The position numbers and the translations under genes were made by a program. The notes under the pieces are model-generated. The model was not told the DNA's origin and searched no databases. It saw only the letters and a list, made by a program, of their open reading frames with translations. From an uncultured Nitrososphaeraceae archaeon (GTDB taxonomy: Archaea > Thermoproteota > Nitrososphaeria > Nitrososphaerales > Nitrososphaeraceae), in NCBI GenBank assembly GCA_963825865.1, contig CAWGVG010000030.1:1-12614 (forward strand): DNA of 12,614 nucleotides. The letters are read 5' to 3'. Every line of letters begins with the position of its first letter. Position 1 is the first letter of the stretch. Positions 8,380 through 12,614 of the stretch are shown piece by piece.

Positions 8380-8790
8380 TTAGGAATTATGCTTATCTAA
8401 TTTTAAAGCCACGGAATTTATGCAATATCTTTTTCCTATGGGGGCGGGCCCATCATTAAATACATGTCCTAGATGTGCTCCGCATTTGGCGCATTTAACT
8501 TCTTTTCCGATCATCCCATGACTCAAATCTAACTTCTTTTCAACATTTTCAGCTTTGATTGACTGAGTGAAGCTCGGCCAACCAGTTCCTGAATCAAACT
8601 TGTCATCTGCATTGAACAATTCATTACCACAGCATATACACTTGTATATTCCCTTCTCTTTGGAATTAACGTATTCTCCTGAAAAAGGAAGTTCTGTTCC
8701 TTTTCTTCTACAGATCTCATATTGCTCAGTGGTTAGCTGCCTCTTCCATTGCTCATCTGACTTATTGTCGACTATTCGTTCAACAACCAT
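8380..8790 (-). CDS. msrB: Peptide-methionine (R)-S-oxide reductase MsrB, zinc-binding type
   Basis: Contains GTELPFSG, CICC, KFDSGTGWPSF, CAKCGAHLGHVFNDGP and catalytic RYCINS. Confidence 0.97.
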   Translation of the reverse strand: MVVERIVDNKSDEQWKRQLTTEQYEICRRKGTELPFSGEYVNSKEKGIYKCICCGNELFNADDKFDSGTGWPSFTQSIKAENVEKKLDLSHGMIGKEVKCAKCGAHLGHVFNDGPAPIGKRYCINSVALKLDKHNS

Positions 8791-8832
8791 GTTGTTATAT
8801 TATCACCGCTTTCACCAATACCTAATATCATA

Positions 8833-9363
8833 TTATAGATAGCGAGCTTCCGCCATCCACGCCACTCTTTTTATAATATTTCTGATGGTATTCCTCAGCT
8901 TTGTAAAATGTTGAGGCTGGTACGATTTCAGTGACAATCATTCTTCTTCCATTGAATTTTCCAGATCTCTCTAAATCCTCTTTTGACTTTTTGGCAAGTA
9001 GTCCCTGTTCTTGTGTATGATATGCAATCATCGAGCGATATTGCGAGCCTATATCTGGGCCCTGTCTATTTTTAGTTGTAGGATCATGGACAGACCAGAA
9101 TACACTGAGGAGGTATTCATAGGAAACTTCATTTGGATCAAACTGTACCTGTATGGCCTCTGCATGACCAGTTTTGTCTGTGCACACATCTCTATATGTT
9201 GTATTGTTAAACCGTCCTCCAGTATAACCTACCATAGTTGATTTTACACCTTTTATCTTACGGAAAGCCTCTTCGACTCCCCAGAAACAGCCCGAGCAAG
9301 TGTTGCTAATTGCAGGTTTTTTGTTTTTGTGTTAGCTTGAATAATAATCTTCTCTTCGCTCAT
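8833..9363 (-). CDS. msrA: Peptide-methionine (S)-S-oxide reductase MsrA, with two apparent single-base indels
   Basis: ATG at 9363 gives MSEEKII...LQLATLA. One base is missing near 9295, just before GCFWGVEEAF (GCFWG at 9292-9278). It continues with GYTGG, TGHAEA, HDPT, QGPDIGSQYRS and AEEYHQKYY. Removing one base at 8844 gives the ending GGSCYL* (stop 8835-8833), restoring a likely resolving Cys. Confidence 0.92.
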
Positions 9364-9654
9364 ATTAACATATATTGGCTCTACTGTAATATGCTTTTTT
9401 CCAAATTACGTCCAAATTTATCCCATATGTTCTGTAACTTAACTCCATATTGATACTATCAATACTATTTTAATTTGGATATTATATCGTTTTAATTTTA
9501 CAACTTCATATACTGGTTATAAAGCATAAGTTTCAATCCAGCATGCATTAAATGACATTACCTTCTTTGACTTCTCATCTACAGCTATGTGCAGCTTTTT
9601 TTCTCGCGTATTCATTTCTCTTCTCTATAATGGAGTAGCCTGTTTCTTCTCAAG

Positions 9655-10173
9655 TTATGTCTTTAGCTCTGCACTTCCAAACAGGTACAGAGAAATCTTT
9701 ACACCATATCAAAGCCATATTGTATTTCGCCAGGTCTGTTCCATCAGGTATATTGTAATTTTGATTCCCGTTATTTGCTTTCAACCTTCCAAGATCTATG
9801 AAATTTGAGGTCGTTTTATCAATAGAGATAAAGATGAACATTAGGTCCATTAGTAGACTTGAAGTTTTCCATCTCCTAAGGGAATTACTTTTGCTAATCC
9901 TTCTGCATTGTGAAATCCGTCACCAGCTCCGATGAAAGAACCCGTCCATATTTTGGAGGTGATGGTTGCATTGACTTGTTGTTGTTTGATTGTTCCCGGA
10001 GTCATGGCATTAACAGTATTGTTTATCTGACCAGCTCCTATCATAACCATATTTTTCTCCCTTTGACTCATCTGTTTAGCGAGCATTCATTCTATCTTGT
10101 TCATTCATGGAAATGAATTTTTGATACTCCTGCGATACTGAATTTTTATTTACAATGGCAGCAGTTGTTGGTA
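9655..10173 (-). pseudogene. DM13 (putative electron-transfer) domain protein, 5'-truncated and multiply frameshifted
   Basis: Reconstruction: PTTAAIVNKNSVSQEYQKFISMNEQDRMNA/AKQMSQREK...TGSFIGAGDGFHNAEGLAKVIPLGDG/ENFKSTNGPNVHLYL/IDKTTSNFIDLGRLKANNGNQNYNIPDGTDLAKYNMALIWCKDFSV/LFGSAELKT*. Lesions are at 10081, about 9868, about 9825 and about 9685. GP-x-x-x-x-YL, LG-x-LK, NQNY-x-IP and IWC are DM13 motifs. Confidence 0.85.
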
Positions 10174-11302
10174 TCGTCGTCAGTCTTTGCCGTTGATGTA
10201 GCGCCTGCTCCACCTTCTATTGGAGCTGGTGTACCACTGACTTACTTTCGACCTGCTCCTTCTATGGTCCAACGTGAACTAATTGGTCCTTATCAACTGC
10301 TCAAGGCAGGTCAGGTTGACTTGAATGCTGGTACTATTACACTTCCACTTTACCAAGGACAAGTAAAGGTTAATGACGCAGGAGGGCAGCATAACAAACA
10401 AAGTAGTATGGTATATCCTCACTGATACAGACGATAAAGGTAACGCTGATGCCTTAGGTCTTAACTGGTCTCCAAAGCTGACCTACGCAGCTCACGGAGC
10501 ACGAAATGCAACACTAGAAAAGAATACTACTCTGACATTCAACGGAGGAACTGTAGATTTCAAGCCTGCTCATATGTTAACACCTGGCAATGCTCCAAAT
10601 TCCTTTCCACCTAAGGCTCTTCAGCCAGGGTCCATAGGCGATAAGGATTACACTCCACTTGTTCGCATAGAGAATGCTGGAAATCATATTTACAATGCGC
10701 CTGCTGTAGCTTTTGACGTTAATGCCAAACAGCTGAACTCATTTTGTAATGGCAACCCAGACTATCGCCTAGTACATGATAAGGTCGTAAAGATCTGTCC
10801 TGAGCAAGGTACCGTAACTATAAAACTAACGCCTGGTTTTAGCTTTGCTCGTCCAGTTCTTTATTTGAGCATGGATGCAAGTAACCCTCTTGCGGCATCT
10901 ATGGAAAATGCCACATTCTCAATCAAGCTTGGTGCCATAGCTACAGGACATGATGACAGTGCATTTAGTGCGGTAGAAAGAATCTTTGCCTTCATAAATG
11001 GCCCTACAGGTAGAGATAATCCACAAAGACAAGGATTTAATAGTGCTCTAACTGATGGTCTGTCGCCCCTAAATGTTCTAGGAGGTATACCGACGATTGC
11101 CACAGACTATAGTCCAATGTGGGATCTTAATATAGGACAGTGGACGCAGAAAGCCATCGACAACGGCTATCGCTCCAGAATGATAGAGGAATTCCAGATT
11201 CTGGGTTTTGTTGAGAAAGGATGGATAACTGGCCCTAGTGGATCTCCATATGGTTCAGCTGGCATAGTTGTAAACTGTCCAATAGTATACCGATTCTTGT
11301 AG
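10165..11302 (+). pseudogene. Conserved, probably secreted hypothetical protein (DUF7482-like), about 378 aa, with one frameshift and a truncated signal peptide
   Basis: ORFs 10165-10425 and 10373-11302 join at about 10394-10402 (CATAACAAACAAAGTA, an apparent 4-nt duplication), giving ...TITLPLYQG...HNKVVWYILTDTDD...DYSPMWDLN...VNCPIVYRFL*. It begins LLVSSSVFA-VDV, like the end of a signal peptide. The family label is recalled and unverified. Confidence 0.75.
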
Positions 11303-11333
11303 AAACTATAGAAATGAACTGCGGACATCATCC

Positions 11334-11346
11334 TTTTTTTTCTTTT
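11334..11346 (+). terminator. Putative archaeal oligo-T terminator
   Basis: TTTTTTTTCTTTT lies about 30 bp after the stop at 11302. Confidence 0.4.
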
Positions 11347-11615
11347 ATTACAATTTTCAAAAAATCAAGTTTGGTCATGATTCCAATTATAAAGCACCTG
11401 TAAGTAACTGATATCAGAATTATTAACCACCGCAATTCTTATAAAATAAATAATGATGTAAATGCATATAGAATAAAATAACCTTGGTTAATTAATGGAT
11501 GTTTCTTTCTGTGATCTTGCTTCTGTATTATTATCTATTATGTTAACTGGTAGACATCATTTCCAGGTTCGCTCACTCTAAAAATGACATGCAAGATTTT
11601 GTTTTTTGGCTTAGT

Positions 11616-12238
11616 CTATGATCTCGGTTTTCTTACTAGTAGGGAGTTTCTGATATTTTTTTCTTTGAGGAAACTGCTTAATGCTTTTGAATAAATTTCA
11701 TAAATAATGCTCTCATCACCATGATTAACGACCTTGTCTTCATAAGACTTAGCAGTTTTAACAAGAAAACGAGATAGGTTTTCTGATATCGCATCAATAG
11801 ATTCTGGAGTCTGGTCAATAGCATACATTGAAGATTGTGGTGGGGTGATGATGATGATGATGATGACAGGACTTTTCTATTCAACATAAGCAAAGATACA
11901 ACTACTGCTCTTGCTCTTTCAAGGCTAACAGGATAGAAATATCGAGCAATACTTTTTGGCAATGAATCTAAATTGTATACAAATAGATATGCTGTTGTTG
12001 AGAAAAATATTTGCATTATTCTATGTCTTTCGACTTCTTTCTTTGCTATAGTTACCAATTTTTTAGATCTAAGTATATTCATATGATAATTAAGAGAAGC
12101 TGCTGTCAACCCCAATTCATTAGCCAATCCTGCCTGTGTCATAGGCCTTTGCCTGAGTAGACCTAGAATAGCTCTTCGCATTGGATCAATGAGTACTTTT
12201 GCAATTTTTGCATCATCTACAATATATACTGCTTTCAT
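11616..12238 (-). CDS. ArsR/SmtB-type winged-helix transcriptional regulator, about 207 aa, with one frameshift
   Basis: AKVLIDPMRRAILGLLRQRPMTQAGLANELGLTAASLNYHMNILRSKKLV is an ArsR-type HTH. One missing base near 11830-11860 joins it to ORF 11616-11828 (MYAIDQTPESIDAISENL...). Confidence 0.88.
11846..11866. repeat. (TGA)7 microsatellite encoding Ser7 in the regulator
   Basis: Read directly from the sequence. Confidence 0.85.
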
Positions 12239-12614
12239 TTTTTTAATAAATCACTCAATTTGCCATAATCTTTAGTCTAAGTATTATTATTATTATTAAG
12301 TATATTGAATCAGGCAGATAAACCTAATTATTAGATCTAATGTCTCATCCATAGTTACCTCTCTAATACCTAACCCAGAATTGCCACCGCTGCAAATATA
12401 TAACATCTGATATGTCGCTTGCAAAGTGTTCTGTCCATTTCTTATTCCTATACAAGTCCAAAAAACAATGAAACCAAAAGTACCAGCCTTGTTAGTAGCA
12501 CTCTGTCAATGTTTACATCTAGCATATCTTAGAATGTGACGTGATTATGATCAATATAGTTTCCCTAGTCAAAGATAATCATCTTCCTCCTATTCAGAAA
12601 AAGAGTAATACGAA

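Noticed and set aside
10155-10196. ATG 10155 (MAAVVGIVVSL) as the true start of the secreted protein
   Set aside because: It is out of frame, ends after 13 codons and overlaps sequence coding for the DM13 protein on the other strand. It is not fully excluded.
6834-11103. Alternative-frame or antisense ORFs 6834..7220, 7422..7631, 7728..7928, 7940..8200, 8529..8720, 8567..8842, 9011..9241, 9587..9808, 9910..10116 and 10861..11103
   Set aside because: Each overlaps a well-supported gene and is explained as a shadow frame. The same applies to 4640..4837.
101-12238. Programmed ribosomal frameshifting or stop-codon recoding as the cause of the split genes
   Set aside because: No consistent slippery heptamers were seen, indels occur in both directions in unrelated genes, and the intact genes use standard stops.
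12296-12614. Possible minus-strand gene remnant at the window end
   Set aside because: Only short broken frames are present and no family was recognised.

Overview
AT-rich archaeal DNA whose gene content points to a soil ammonia-oxidising archaeon (Nitrososphaerota, Nitrososphaeraceae-like). This and all family calls come from recognising sequence motifs, not from database searches. (1) 101-1747: one gene broken by three single-base frameshifts, with an N-terminal SEC-C zinc motif and a C-terminal Xre/MbcA/ParS-like domain. (2) About 1900-4400: an apparent decayed integrated element, partly missed by the ORF track. It holds a tyrosine-integrase pseudogene, an FxLYD-like fragment, a Topo VIB/Topo VIII-like transducer fragment, a non-coding array of six TGTTAACA palindromes in roughly helical phase, and a possible tRNA-3'-end (att) scar. 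(3) 4581-12238: two convergent stand-alone receiver genes (one truncated), a CPA2 cation/H+ antiporter, a roadblock-like hypothetical protein, msrB, a frameshifted msrA, a DM13 pseudogene joined head-to-head with a conserved secreted-protein gene (both 5' ends apparently deleted), and a frameshifted ArsR-type regulator. The many indels look like a mix of real decay and possible consensus errors. No rRNA, full tRNA or CRISPR array was seen.
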